A program made the translations under genes and the position numbers. The notes below the pieces were generated by a model. That model worked only from the letters and a program-made list of their open reading frames with translations, ran no database searches and was not told the origin of the DNA. A stretch of DNA of 35,936 nucleotides from assembly GCA_045533905.1 (NCBI GenBank), contig JAZSIR010000017.1, positions 1 to 35,936 on the forward strand. Reading direction: 5' to 3'. The DNA comes from Clostridia bacterium. Lineage in GTDB: Bacteria > Bacillota > Clostridia > UMGS1883 > UMGS1540. This document shows positions 1 through 8,344 of the stretch, in pieces (position 1 is the first letter of the stretch; every line of letters begins with the position of its first letter).

Positions 1-77
1 ATTTTTACAACAATGAAAGAATACAACTTAAAACAAAACTGACACCGCTTGAAAAACGATGTCAGTATGTTGCTTAA
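1..77 (+). CDS. IS3-family transposase OrfB, C-terminal fragment (5'-truncated)
   Basis: Manual translation gives (H)FYNNERIQLKTKLTPLEKRCQYVA*. It is absent from the ORF track because it has no start codon and is short. Confidence 0.8.
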   Translation, partial: FYNNERIQLKTKLTPLEKRCQYVA

Positions 78-139
78 AATTTAATATTGTTTACCATAGG
101 GTGCTTTTTTGTGTTGTCTGCACAAATTGGTGCAGTTCA
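1..139 (+). mobile_element. Right end of an IS3-family insertion sequence (partial, cut by the window edge)
   Basis: The frame from nt 3 reads FYNNERIQLKTKLTPLEKRCQYVA* (stop 75-77), matching the typical C-terminal 'YN..RI...L.P' tail of IS3 OrfB transposases. It is followed by a terminus ...TGTCTGCACAAATTGGTGCAGTTCA-3' ending in CA. The segment is the exact reverse complement of 35797-35935. Confidence 0.88.
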
Positions 140-267
140 AACGTGACAGCTTTACTATTTCTCTATATTTTGTTTTGCGGTGTTAATGGACGAGATGAGC
201 ATAACTCCATAGCTGCGACCCAAAGTTTCCTCAATTATTAATTATGCATTAGCTGTGCGACTTAATC

Positions 268-335
268 ATTCAGTATTCATTAAAAAATCCTCTTGCATTT
301 AATGAATGATGAATATTGAATAATGAAAAATGGAT
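268..335. repeat. Degenerate 7-bp tandem repeat (consensus AATGAAT) with inverted copies
   Basis: 301-335 reads AATGAAT GATGAAT ATTGAAT AATGAAA AATGGAT. 268-281 reads ATTCAGT ATTCATT, which are reverse-complement units. 275-284 and 298-307 form a perfect 10-bp inverted repeat. Confidence 0.6.
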
Positions 336-340
336 AATAC

Positions 341-379
341 AAAACAAAAAATCCTATCTTCCGACAGGATTTTTTGTTT
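341..379 (-). terminator. Rho-independent terminator of tRNA-Leu
   Basis: On the minus strand, the stem-loop ATCCTGTC-GGAA-GATAGGAT is followed by TTTTTGTTTT, just downstream of the tRNA CCA end. Confidence 0.85.
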
Positions 380-466
380 TGGTGCCGATGGTGGGACTCG
401 AACCCACACGGTATCGCTACCAACGGATTTTGAGTCCGTCACGTCTGCCAATTCCATCACATCGGC
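380..466 (-). tRNA. tRNA-Leu(CAA)
   Basis: The reverse complement GCCGATG...CATCGGC-A-CCA forms the acceptor stem. The anticodon arm is ACGGA-CT-CAA-AA-TCCGT, with a long variable arm and a GGTTCGAGTCC T-arm; length is 87 nt. Confidence 0.97.
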
Positions 467-486
467 GTATTCACTTTCGAGTACCC

Positions 487-515
487 ATTATAGCACACAA
501 AAAGTGAAAAAGCAA
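487..515 (-). promoter_or_regulatory. Sigma-A promoter of tRNA-Leu
   Basis: TTGCTT-17 bp-TATAAT with a TG extended -10 motif, about 20 nt upstream of the tRNA. Confidence 0.8.
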
Positions 516-537
516 GCCTTTTTGGAAAAAAAACGAA

Positions 538-789
538 TTACTTCCCGGAAGAGGCGGCCATCACGGCCTTTGCCAGCTGATCGGCACAAGAGGTGCTTTT
601 ATAGCCGCACCGGTTTCCTGAAAGCTTTTCTGCAATTGCCTCAGCCGTCCAGCCGTCCACAAGGCGGGAGATGGCCTTCAGGTTGCCGTTACAGCCGCCG
701 TCAAACTCGATATTCCGCACAATGTCGCCATCAAGATCAAAATGAATCGCGCGGGCACAAGTACCCTCAGTTTTATACGTGTATCGCAT
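538..789 (-). CDS. TIGR03905-family TSCPD-domain small protein
   Basis: 83 aa with the pattern YKTEGTC...F.GGCNGNLKAISRLV.G...CG.K.TSCADQLA characteristic of this family. Confidence 0.85.
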   Translation of the reverse strand: MRYTYKTEGTCARAIHFDLDGDIVRNIEFDGGCNGNLKAISRLVDGWTAEAIAEKLSGNRCGYKSTSCADQLAKAVMAASSGK

Positions 790-801
790 ATAAGTACTCC
801 T

Positions 802-1203
802 TTACGCTTTTGTTTTCAGGAAGGCTTCCGTAATCGCGGCCGCCGTACCCACAAGTTCGGCGCAAGGCGTGCGGGCATCGCCCTTTTTAAGGTCGCGGCA
901 TAAAAGGCTTCCGTGTTTTTCTGTAAACTGTGCGGCCGCCTCGCGGATGCGCGCATAGTGAAGGGATTTTTCCGCGGGCGTCGGATTTTGACCGTAGCCC
1001 GTTTCTTTGCCGAGCACCATACACATCCCGCTTACGGCACCGCAAATTTCCATAAGGCCGCCAATGCCGGCGCCGAAAGAGGAAGAAAGGCGCATCAGCG
1101 CATCCGGATCCATTCCCATTTCATTCTGAAACGCCGCCAGAACGGCCTGACAGCAGTTGCAGCCTTCACAGAAGGCTTTTTTTGCTTTTTCTTGCGTGTT
1201 CAT
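802..1203 (-). CDS. C-GCAxxG-C-C family putative redox-active protein
   Basis: 133 aa with NCCQAV, SSFGAGIG, EICGAVSG, GSLLC and PC motifs. Its start overlaps the stop of the upstream permease. Confidence 0.85.
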   Translation of the reverse strand: MNTQEKAKKAFCEGCNCCQAVLAAFQNEMGMDPDALMRLSSSFGAGIGGLMEICGAVSGMCMVLGKETGYGQNPTPAEKSLHYARIREAAAQFTEKHGSLLCRDLKKGDARTPCAELVGTAAAITEAFLKTKA

Positions 1204-2024
1204 TTTATAGCTCCTTGTCGTAATTTTTTAATCGCGCCGAAGATGAGAAAGACGAAAAGGTTGGAAAGCACAATGCTTGCCCCTGTCGGAAGCGAAAACC
1301 AGAAAGAGGCCAGAAGACCTAAAATGTATGCAAAAACGGAAACAGAGGCCGCGCACAAGGTGACGGCGCGAAAGCTTCTGAAAGGTTGCATCGCAGAAAG
1401 CGCGGGGAAGATGATAAGGCTCGAAATCAGCATAGAGCCCATAATGCGCATACCTACCACAATTGTTACAGCCGTGAGAAGGGCGATGAGGCTTTTGTAG
1501 AAGCGGACAGGCACGCCTGCCGTGTGTGCAAAGCCCTCGTCAAAGGTGATGGCGAAAATACTGCGATAGCAAAAGAGAAACACGAATAAAACCGTGGCGG
1601 AAAGGGCAAGGGAAAGGAACAAATCCGTATTTTCCATTGCGAGAATACTGCCGAACATAAGATCGTACACATCCGTACTCATCCCTTTGGAAAGGGAGGT
1701 GATGACAACGCCGAGGGCTAAAGCAGAGGAAGAAACGAGCGCAATGCCCGCATCGCCGTGCAGAGTTTTTTTGTCCTCAAGCCGCAAAAGGAAAAAGGCG
1801 GCAAGCGCCACAATCGGCAGCGCCAGCGGAAGCGGTGAAAGCGAGAGGGCGAGTGCCAGAGCAAGCGCCCCGAAGCCCACGTGGGAAAGCCCGTCACCAA
1901 TCATCGAAAAGCGGCGTAAAACCAGCGTTACGCCGAGAAGCGCCGCCGAGGGCGCCACTAAAAGCCCTACAAGGAGCGCGCGCTGCATAAAGGGGTAAGA
2001 AAAGAGCGTAAAAAGATCATGCAT
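1200..2024 (-). CDS. znuB: Zn/Mn ABC transporter permease (ZnuB-like)
   Basis: Hydrophobic protein with FMQRAL, RRFSMIGDGLSH and LMFGSIL motifs. Start moved to the ATG at 2024, which has an AGGAGGTG RBS; 274 aa. Confidence 0.9.
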   Translation of the reverse strand: MHDLFTLFSYPFMQRALLVGLLVAPSAALLGVTLVLRRFSMIGDGLSHVGFGALALALALSLSPLPLALPIVALAAFFLLRLEDKKTLHGDAGIALVSSSALALGVVITSLSKGMSTDVYDLMFGSILAMENTDLFLSLALSATVLFVFLFCYRSIFAITFDEGFAHTAGVPVRFYKSLIALLTAVTIVVGMRIMGSMLISSLIIFPALSAMQPFRSFRAVTLCAASVSVFAYILGLLASFWFSLPTGASIVLSNLFVFLIFGAIKKLRQGAIK

Positions 2025-2703
2025 CGGCGCCACCTCCTGAAAACCGCTTGCCGTACTCGCTTCCTGAAAAGGCGGAAGGGGAGCCGAAAAAGCGGATGGT
2101 TTTGTCAATGTATAAAAGCGTGTCGGCCGCAGAGAGGGCGGCATCCATATCGTGCGAAACCATCATAACGGTGATGCCGTGCTCGGTGCGAAGTGCCCCC
2201 AGAAGGGAATACAGCTCCGAAAGCGCCACGGGGTCAAGCCCTGCGGCAGGCTCGTCCAGAAGAAGAACGCCGTCCGAAGCGCAGAGCGCCCGAGCAATCA
2301 GTACGCGCCGCTTCTGCCCGCCGGAAAGCATTTCAAAATTCTTTTTGCGAAGCGGAAAAATGCCGAGAAGCTTCATGTTGGCTTCGGCCTTTTCCTTTTC
2401 CTCCCGGGAGAGAAACGGGCGGTGTGTGCGCACACCCATCCGCACAATTTCTTCTACGGAGGCGGGGAACTGTCGCGTCGCTTCCATCTCCTGCGGCACA
2501 TAGCCGATGCAAAGCCCGTCCTTGACAAAGACGCGGCCGCCCGCTGTGGGCACAAGTCCCAAAAGCGCTTTGCAAAGGGTGGATTTGCCGCCGCCGTTCG
2601 GGCCGACAATGCAAAGAAATTCTCCCTTTTCTACGGAGAAGGAAATATTTTCAAGTACCGTTTCGTCATACGAAACAGAGAGGTCTTTTGCGGAGAGTAT
2701 CAT
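2017..2703 (-). CDS. znuC: Zn/Mn ABC transporter ATP-binding protein (ZnuC-like)
   Basis: Walker A GPNGGGKST, IGYVPQ, signature LSGGQ, Walker B LLLDEP and the SHD switch. Confidence 0.92.
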   Translation of the reverse strand: MILSAKDLSVSYDETVLENISFSVEKGEFLCIVGPNGGGKSTLCKALLGLVPTAGGRVFVKDGLCIGYVPQEMEATRQFPASVEEIVRMGVRTHRPFLSREEKEKAEANMKLLGIFPLRKKNFEMLSGGQKRRVLIARALCASDGVLLLDEPAAGLDPVALSELYSLLGALRTEHGITVMMVSHDMDAALSAADTLLYIDKTIRFFGSPSAFSGSEYGKRFSGGGADA

Positions 2704-2704
2704 A

Positions 2705-3610
2705 CTAGTTCAGTCCAATCCTTAAGTTTTCTGCATTCTTTCGCATAAGAGAAAGGTAGGTTTCGTGCGATTCGTTTTTGGAAACGGTGTGGCACGAGTG
2801 GAAGAGAAGAAGCGAGGCGCCCGTTTCCTCCGCGATAAGGCGCGCGGTGCGCGGCGTGGAAAGCTCCTCGTAAAAAACGGCAGGAATTTCCTTTTCTTTT
2901 ATTTCGGTAATAATGTGCACAAGCGTCTGGGGCGAGGGGTCCGCCTCGTGCGAGCAGGAATCGAAGGCCGAAAGGTGGGAAAGGCCGTACCGTTCGGTAA
3001 AGTACCGCGCGGCAAAATGCCCGCCGAAAACCATTTCGCGCCGTTTGCCTTCGGAAACAATCGTCTCAATCTCACGGTCAAGCGCAGAAAGCTCATCCGT
3101 ATACCGCGCCGCATTTTCTCTGTAAAAATCGGCGTTTTCAGGGTCCTTTTCGCATATTGCTTCACAGATGTTTTTCACCATTATGATGGCGTTTTGCGGA
3201 TTTGTCCAGATATGCGGGTCGACTGCGGCCTCTCCGGAGGCAGCCGCCGTGTGCGCGTGGATATCTCCGCTTCTGAGAAGGCGAATACCTGCCGAAACAT
3301 CAGCATACGCGGCACCTGCGCCTTTAGAGAGGCGCATTGCCCACGGTTCCATCACATCGCCTGTGTAGAGGAATAAATCTGCGCTTCCGATTTGCACCAT
3401 ATCGGCCGGCGTTGGCGCGTAGGAATGGCTGTCTGTACCGGGCGGCAGAAGAAGAGAAACATCGGCGCGGTCGCCGCAGATTTCTCTTGCAAAATCATAT
3501 TGCGGGAAAAGCGAGGCCACAATTTGGAACTTTTCGGTTTCGGACACCTCCGGGCCGCAACCGCCTACAAAAACGGAGAGGAGAAGGAGCGGAAGAAGCA
3601 GCTTTTTCAT
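2705..3610 (-). CDS. znuA: Zn/Mn ABC transporter substrate-binding lipoprotein (ZnuA/AdcA-like)
   Basis: Lipoprotein signal MKKLLLPLLLLSVFVGGC, plus PPGTDSHSY and DPHIW motifs. Start moved to the ATG at 3610, which has an AGGAGA RBS. Confidence 0.9.
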   Translation of the reverse strand: MKKLLLPLLLLSVFVGGCGPEVSETEKFQIVASLFPQYDFAREICGDRADVSLLLPPGTDSHSYAPTPADMVQIGSADLFLYTGDVMEPWAMRLSKGAGAAYADVSAGIRLLRSGDIHAHTAAASGEAAVDPHIWTNPQNAIIMVKNICEAICEKDPENADFYRENAARYTDELSALDREIETIVSEGKRREMVFGGHFAARYFTERYGLSHLSAFDSCSHEADPSPQTLVHIITEIKEKEIPAVFYEELSTPRTARLIAEETGASLLLFHSCHTVSKNESHETYLSLMRKNAENLRIGLN

Positions 3611-4002
3611 ACGGTCTCCTTTTCTGCGCAGGAAGAGCATCTGCCGCGGAAAACAGTGTTTGTAAGGTTTACCTCAAAGCCGTGGCTGTCGGCAATATGG
3701 GCGTCAATAGCAGAAAGATGCGGACAGTTTACGTGAAAGCATTTGCCGCAGTCGCTACAAACAAAATGGTAAAGCGAAAGGCCGGCATCGTGCCACTCAA
3801 AGCACGCGCCCCCATCGCCCTCCGTTGTGAATTTGCAAAGGGAGCCTTCTTTTATGAGACGGTCCAAAAACCGGTACACGGTTGCCGTGCCGATTTCTTC
3901 CTTTCTTGCAAAATCCAGAATTTCCCGCATAGAAATATGCCGTTCTTTTTGCGATTCCAGAAAGTGCAGAAGTTTTGTTTTCTGTCGGGTCATATAGGCC
4001 AT
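3607..4002 (-). CDS. Fur-family transcriptional regulator (probably Zur)
   Basis: YMTRQK...IGTATVYRFL HTH region, with HFVCSDCG and RCSSC structural Zn sites. It heads the metal ABC operon; the ATG at 4002 has a GAGGTG RBS. Confidence 0.88.
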   Translation of the reverse strand: MAYMTRQKTKLLHFLESQKERHISMREILDFARKEEIGTATVYRFLDRLIKEGSLCKFTTEGDGGACFEWHDAGLSLYHFVCSDCGKCFHVNCPHLSAIDAHIADSHGFEVNLTNTVFRGRCSSCAEKETV

Positions 4003-4022
4003 ATACGCACCTCTTTTGAATT

Positions 4023-4043
4023 TGAGAATCAATTTCATTTTCA
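4023..4043. promoter_or_regulatory. Putative Fur/Zur-family operator
   Basis: 21-bp imperfect 10-1-10 palindrome TGAAAATGAA-A-TTGATTCTCA (minus strand) lying over the predicted transcription start. Confidence 0.65.
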
Positions 4044-4045
4044 CC

Positions 4046-4074
4046 AGTATACCGCGTTTTTATACACTTGTCAA
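4046..4074 (-). promoter_or_regulatory. Sigma-A promoter of the zur-znu operon
   Basis: TTGACA-17 bp-TATACT. Confidence 0.85.
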
Positions 4075-4138
4075 TATTTGCTGTGCATATTTCTCGGAAA
4101 AACGGCAGAAAATACGGAAAAAACGAAGGAGTAAGAAA

Positions 4139-4492
4139 ATGGAATATCTGAACGCATTCTGGGTTGGCGGTCTTATCTGTGCCGTCGGACAAATTCTGAT
4201 TGATAAAACGAGATTGACGCCGGCCCGTATTCTGGTGACCTTTGTGTGTGTCGGCGTGGTTTTGACGCTTATCGGCGTGTATGAGCCACTTCGCGAATTT
4301 GCAGGCGCGGGGGCCACTGTGCCGATTACGGGCTTTGGGTACACGCTCTGCCGCGGCGTGATGGAAGCGGTGTCGGAAAAAGGCCTTGCCGGCATTTTGT
4401 CGGGCGGGCTCACGGCCACGGCAGGCGGCATTGGCGCCGCGGTGCTTTTCAGCTTTCTGGCGGCGGTCTGCTTCAAACCGAAAATGAAATAG
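4139..4492 (+). CDS. spoVAE: Stage V sporulation protein AE (SpoVAE/SpoVAEb)
   Basis: MEYLNAFWVGGLICAVGQILIDKTRLTPARILV and AGAGATVPITGFG; 117 aa. The ATG at 4139 has an AAGGAG RBS. Confidence 0.92.
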   Translation: MEYLNAFWVGGLICAVGQILIDKTRLTPARILVTFVCVGVVLTLIGVYEPLREFAGAGATVPITGFGYTLCRGVMEAVSEKGLAGILSGGLTATAGGIGAAVLFSFLAAVCFKPKMK

Positions 4493-4499
4493 AGGAAAG

Positions 4500-5408
4500 C
4501 TATTGCATCTCCGGCAGAAGGGAAGCGGGGTCCACAGGCGCGCCGTCCTTGCGGATTTCAAAGTGCAGGTGCGGCCCTGTGCTTTTTCCGGTGCTTCCGA
4601 CCGCGGCAATCACTTCGCCCCCTGTAGTTTCCGCCCCTGCGGCGGCATATAGCACACTGCAATGCGCATAGTAGGTGGTGTAGCCGTTTTGATGGTCTAA
4701 AATAAGCAGGTTGCCGTACCCTTCGCATGGCCCTGAAAAGGTCACTATACCGGTATCGGCGGCAAAAACAGCTTCGCCATGCGCGGCGGCGAGGTCAACA
4801 CCCATATGCCTTGCCGCACCACGTGCGCCGAATGGGGAGGAGACGGAAAAAGAGGCAAGCGGCAGAGAAAAAGTGCCGCTACCGAGGCCACGGGGGCGTG
4901 GCTTTGTGCCCACAGCGCGCTTTTCGGGCACAGGCTGTGTGGTCACGGTGTCCGAAAGAATTTTTTCGGTCATACACGAGTCGCCCTGCCGCCGCACTTC
5001 CCGCACAATCGTGCGCACACCGGGAACACCTGCTTGCAAAACGGAGGTTTCCCCCACATACAGCGCGGCATCCGGCACCGTTTCCGAGGAAAAGGGCAGG
5101 GAAACGGTTTCGGCCAGAATCTCTGTTTCTATATCGAAGGCACGCTGCGCATTCTCCATAATTTCAGAAGCCGAGCTTACGGCGGCCGCAGAAGCAAAAC
5201 GGGGATAAATGGCGGAAGAGACTGAAAAATCCGTAAAGTCCGCCGTCAGAATTTCCAGAAGAAGCCCGGCTTCCGAAGGGGTGCGCACTACCCCGATAAA
5301 AGTCCCATTTACATAGAAATTATACCCGATGCAGAGTTTAAGAAGAAGACTGCTTGCGAGTAAACATCCAAACAGAAAAAGCCGTGTTTTACGGCCTGTA
5401 ATTTTCAA
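4500..5408 (-). CDS. M23-family peptidoglycan endopeptidase with G5 domain and N-terminal membrane anchor
   Basis: G5-like LYVGETSVLQAGVPG...AVGTK, and M23 Zn motifs HMGVD, YAH and STGPHLHFE. TTG start with a GAGGTG RBS. Confidence 0.88.
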   Translation of the reverse strand: MKITGRKTRLFLFGCLLASSLLLKLCIGYNFYVNGTFIGVVRTPSEAGLLLEILTADFTDFSVSSAIYPRFASAAAVSSASEIMENAQRAFDIETEILAETVSLPFSSETVPDAALYVGETSVLQAGVPGVRTIVREVRRQGDSCMTEKILSDTVTTQPVPEKRAVGTKPRPRGLGSGTFSLPLASFSVSSPFGARGAARHMGVDLAAAHGEAVFAADTGIVTFSGPCEGYGNLLILDHQNGYTTYYAHCSVLYAAAGAETTGGEVIAAVGSTGKSTGPHLHFEIRKDGAPVDPASLLPEMQ

Positions 5409-5428
5409 AATTTACCACCTCTTCCAAT

Positions 5429-5457
5429 ATTTTACAATAGCAAAATAAAAAAGTCAA
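5429..5457 (-). promoter_or_regulatory. Sigma-A promoter of the M23 peptidase gene
   Basis: TTGACT-17 bp-TAAAAT. Confidence 0.7.
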
Positions 5458-5495
5458 TTCTTTTTTCAATAAGAAGGAATTTTATGAAAAAAATG

Positions 5496-5524
5496 TAGAC
5501 AAACCCCAAAGAATAAGGTATAAT
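5496..5524 (+). promoter_or_regulatory. Sigma-A promoter of the rsfS-leuS block
   Basis: TAGACA-17 bp-TATAAT. Confidence 0.8.
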
Positions 5525-5542
5525 AAATAGAATAAAGGAAGT

Positions 5543-5911
5543 ATGAAGGAGGCACGGATATTGGAATCGAGAGAAACAGCCGTATATTTTGCCAAAACCC
5601 TTTATGACAAGAAGGCAAGCGACATTGAGGTCCTCGATATCGGGGGGCTTACCATCATCGCAGATTACTTTGTAATCTGTTCGGCTTCTTCCCATCTGCA
5701 GGCGCAGGCACTTGCCGATGCGCTTATCGACAAAGCGGCAGAAAGCGGCGAGGAACTGCTTCGTGCCGAAGGCCTTCGGGAAGGCGCCTGGGTGCTTCTC
5801 GATTTCGGAAGCGTTGTCGTACACATTTTCAAAAAAGATATCCGCGAGTTTTACGGGCTCGAGCGGCTCTGGGCCGATGCCGGGCGTGTGGAACTTTCGT
5901 TTGAGGAATAA
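5543..5911 (+). CDS. rsfS: Ribosome silencing factor RsfS
   Basis: DKKASDI, IADYFVICS, WVLLDFGSVVVHIF and REFYGLERLW. A later TTG start at 5561 is possible. Confidence 0.95.
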   Translation: MKEARILESRETAVYFAKTLYDKKASDIEVLDIGGLTIIADYFVICSASSHLQAQALADALIDKAAESGEELLRAEGLREGAWVLLDFGSVVVHIFKKDIREFYGLERLWADAGRVELSFEE

Positions 5912-5927
5912 GAAAGGATAGAGAAGT

Positions 5928-8339
5928 ATGCATTACAATTTTGGAGAAATTGAAAAGAAATGGCAGGAATACTGGTATACGAATGAGACCTTCCGCGCAG
6001 AAAACAAATCGGATAAGCCGAAGTTTTATGCACTTGTTGAGTTTCCGTATCCGTCGGGCCATGGCCTCCACGTAGGTCACCCGAGAAGTTACACGGCTAT
6101 GGATATTGTAGCCAGAAAGAGACGGCTTGACGGCTATAACGTTCTCTATCCAATGGGGTGGGACGCTTTCGGTCTTCCGACGGAGAACTTCGCCATTCTG
6201 AATAATATTCACCCGGCCACGGTTACGGAAAAGAATATCGCAAACTTCCGCCGTCAGCTCAAAAGCATCGGCTTTTCCTTCGACTGGGCCAGAGAAGTAA
6301 ATACCACAGACCCCGCTTACTATAAGTGGACACAGTGGATTTTCTTAAAGCTTTTCGAAAAGGGCCTTGCCTATAAGCAGGAGATGCCCATTAACTGGTG
6401 TACAAGCTGTAAGGTCGGCCTTGCCAATGAAGAAGTTGTAAACGGCAAGTGCGAACGCTGCGGTGGCGAGGTTGTGCAGAAGCGCAAGAGCCAGTGGATG
6501 CTCAAAATCACCGAATACGCGCAGCGCCTGATTGACGATATTGCAGATCTCGATTTTATCGACAAGGTAAAAACCCAGCAGATAAACTGGATCGGCCGTT
6601 CCGAGGGTGCTGAGGTAGATTTCCGCCTCACACGCGGCGATAAAACCGTACGCGTTTTCACAACGCGTCCCGACACGCTCTTCGGTGCCACATATATGGT
6701 TCTCTCTCCCGAACATCCGTATATTGACGAGCTTCGGGAATACATCACAAACTTTGAAGATATTGAAGCCTACAGAAAAGAAGCTTCCCATAAGTCCGAA
6801 CTCGAGCGCACAGAGCTCAATAAGGATAAGACGGGTGTACCGCTTTCCGGCATTATGGCCGTAAACCCCGTAAACGGTAAAGAAATTCCCGTCTGGATTT
6901 CCGACTATGTGCTTATGACATATGGCACAGGCGCCATTATGGCCGTGCCGGCACACGACACGCGTGACTGGGAGTTTGCCAAGAAATTTGACCTCCCGAT
7001 TATCGAGGTTGTGGCAGGCGGCGAGGATGTCCAGAAGGAAGCTTACACCGATGTAGCCTCGGGCACAATGGTAAACTCCGGTATGCTTGACGGCCTCCAG
7101 GTCAAAGACGCCATGGAAAAGATTATGGACTTTTTGACGGAAAAGGGCATCGGCGAGCGCCGTGTGAACTACAAACTGCGTGACTGGCTCTTCTCCCGCC
7201 AGAGATACTGGGGCGAGCCGATTCCGCTTGTCTGGTGTGACAAGTGCGGCTGGGTACCTGTTCCGGAAGACCAGCTTCCGCTCACACTCCCCGAAATTGA
7301 AAACTTTGCACCGGGTCCGGAGGGCGAATCCCCGCTTTGCAAGGCAACGGACTGGATCGAAACCACTTGTCCCGCCTGCGGCGGTCCTGCACACCGCGAA
7401 ACCGATACGATGCCGCAGTGGGCAGGCTCTTCGTGGTACTTCCTCCGCTATATTGACCCGACGAATTCCGATGCAATTGCCTCGGAGGAAGCTCTCAATT
7501 ACTGGCTCCCCGTTGACTGGTATAACGGCGGTATGGAACACACAACGCTCCACCTTCTCTACTCGAGATTCTGGCACAAGTTCCTCTATGATATCGGCGT
7601 TGTAAAGATGAAGGAGCCGTATGCACGCCGCACTTCGCACGGTATGATTTTAGGCGAGAACGGCGAAAAAATGTCGAAGTCTCGCGGCAACGTTGTAAAC
7701 CCCGATGAAGTTGTAGAAAACTTTGGTGCCGACACGCTCCGCACCTATGAAATGTTTATCGGTGCATTTGACCAGACAACCCCGTGGAGCACAAACGGCG
7801 TAAAGGGTTGCCACAAGTTCCTCGAGCGCGTATGGAACCTCCTGCCGATGCTTGTAGACGGCGACGAATACAGCCCCGAGCTTGAAGGTGCTATGCATAA
7901 GACCGTGAAGAAGGTTACGGACGATACGGAAAAAATGAAGTTCAACACCGCCATCGCGGCGCTGATGAGCCTCCTCAATGATATTTACAAGCTTGGCAGA
8001 ATTAACCGCGCTGAGCTTCGCACCTTCCTGCTTCTTTTGAACCCCACCGCACCGCATATCACAGAAGAAATGTGGCAGGTTGCAGGCTTTGAAGGGTATC
8101 TCCATGCGGCGACCTGGCCGACATATGACGAAGCCAAAACGGTGGACGATGAGATTGAAATCGTTTTGCAGGCAAACGGCAAAATCCGTGGCAAGATGAC
8201 AGTGCCGTCCGGCCTTTCCCGCGAAGAACTCGAAAAGCTCGCGATGGAAAGCGAAGAAGCGAAGGCTATTACCGAGGGCAAGCAGGTTGTCAAGGTCATT
8301 GCCGTTCCGAATAAGCTGATTAACATTGTAGTGAGGTAG
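5928..8339 (+). CDS. leuS: Leucine--tRNA ligase
   Basis: FPYPSG.GLHVGH (HIGH motif), [14 protein letters not shown] editing domain and KMSKS; 803 aa. Confidence 0.98.
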   Translation: MHYNFGEIEKKWQEYWYTNETFRAENKSDKPKFYALVEFPYPSGHGLHVGHPRSYTAMDIVARKRRLDGYNVLYPMGWDAFGLPTENFAILNNIHPATVTEKNIANFRRQLKSIGFSFDWAREVNTTDPAYYKWTQWIFLKLFEKGLAYKQEMPINWCTSCKVGLANEEVVNGKCERCGGEVVQKRKSQWMLKITEYAQRLIDDIADLDFIDKVKTQQINWIGRSEGAEVDFRLTRGDKTVRVFTTRPDTLFGATYMVLSPEHPYIDELREYITNFEDIEAYRKEASHKSELERTELNKDKTGVPLSGIMAVNPVNGKEIPVWISDYVLMTYGTGAIMAVPAHDTRDWEFAKKFDLPIIEVVAGGEDVQKEAYTDVASGTMVNSGMLDGLQVKDAMEKIMDFLTEKGIGERRVNYKLRDWLFSRQRYWGEPIPLVWCDKCGWVPVPEDQLPLTLPEIENFAPGPEGESPLCKATDWIETTCPACGGPAHRETDTMPQWAGSSWYFLRYIDPTNSDAIASEEALNYWLPVDWYNGGMEHTTLHLLYSRFWHKFLYDIGVVKMKEPYARRTSHGMILGENGEKMSKSRGNVVNPDEVVENFGADTLRTYEMFIGAFDQTTPWSTNGVKGCHKFLERVWNLLPMLVDGDEYSPELEGAMHKTVKKVTDDTEKMKFNTAIAALMSLLNDIYKLGRINRAELRTFLLLLNPTAPHITEEMWQVAGFEGYLHAATWPTYDEAKTVDDEIEIVLQANGKIRGKMTVPSGLSREELEKLAMESEEAKAITEGKQVVKVIAVPNKLINIVVR

Positions 8340-8344
8340 GCGGG

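Noticed and set aside
59-241. 60-aa ORF, and the ORF at 35418-35849 (minus) that also starts inside the IS end
   Set aside because: Both start within the IS end and cross its boundary, with no RBS or recognisable motif.
170-262. Possible riboswitch (c-di-GMP or fluoride-like words) in the AT-rich spacer
   Set aside because: Only short word matches are present. I could not build the conserved secondary structure, and there is no downstream gene.
340-466. Integrative element attachment site at tRNA-Leu
   Set aside because: The tRNA is followed directly by its own terminator. I saw no duplicated tRNA 3' end and no integrase in the window.
316-833. ORFs 316-507 and 330-833 on the plus strand
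   Set aside because: They are antisense to tRNA-Leu and the TIGR03905 gene, the typical shadow ORFs over tRNAs.
6345-7640. Long antisense ORFs (431 aa opposite leuS; also 12126-13172, 18686-19693 and 23288-24037)
   Set aside because: They lie opposite well-conserved genes, lack motifs, and are expected from codon bias at this GC content.
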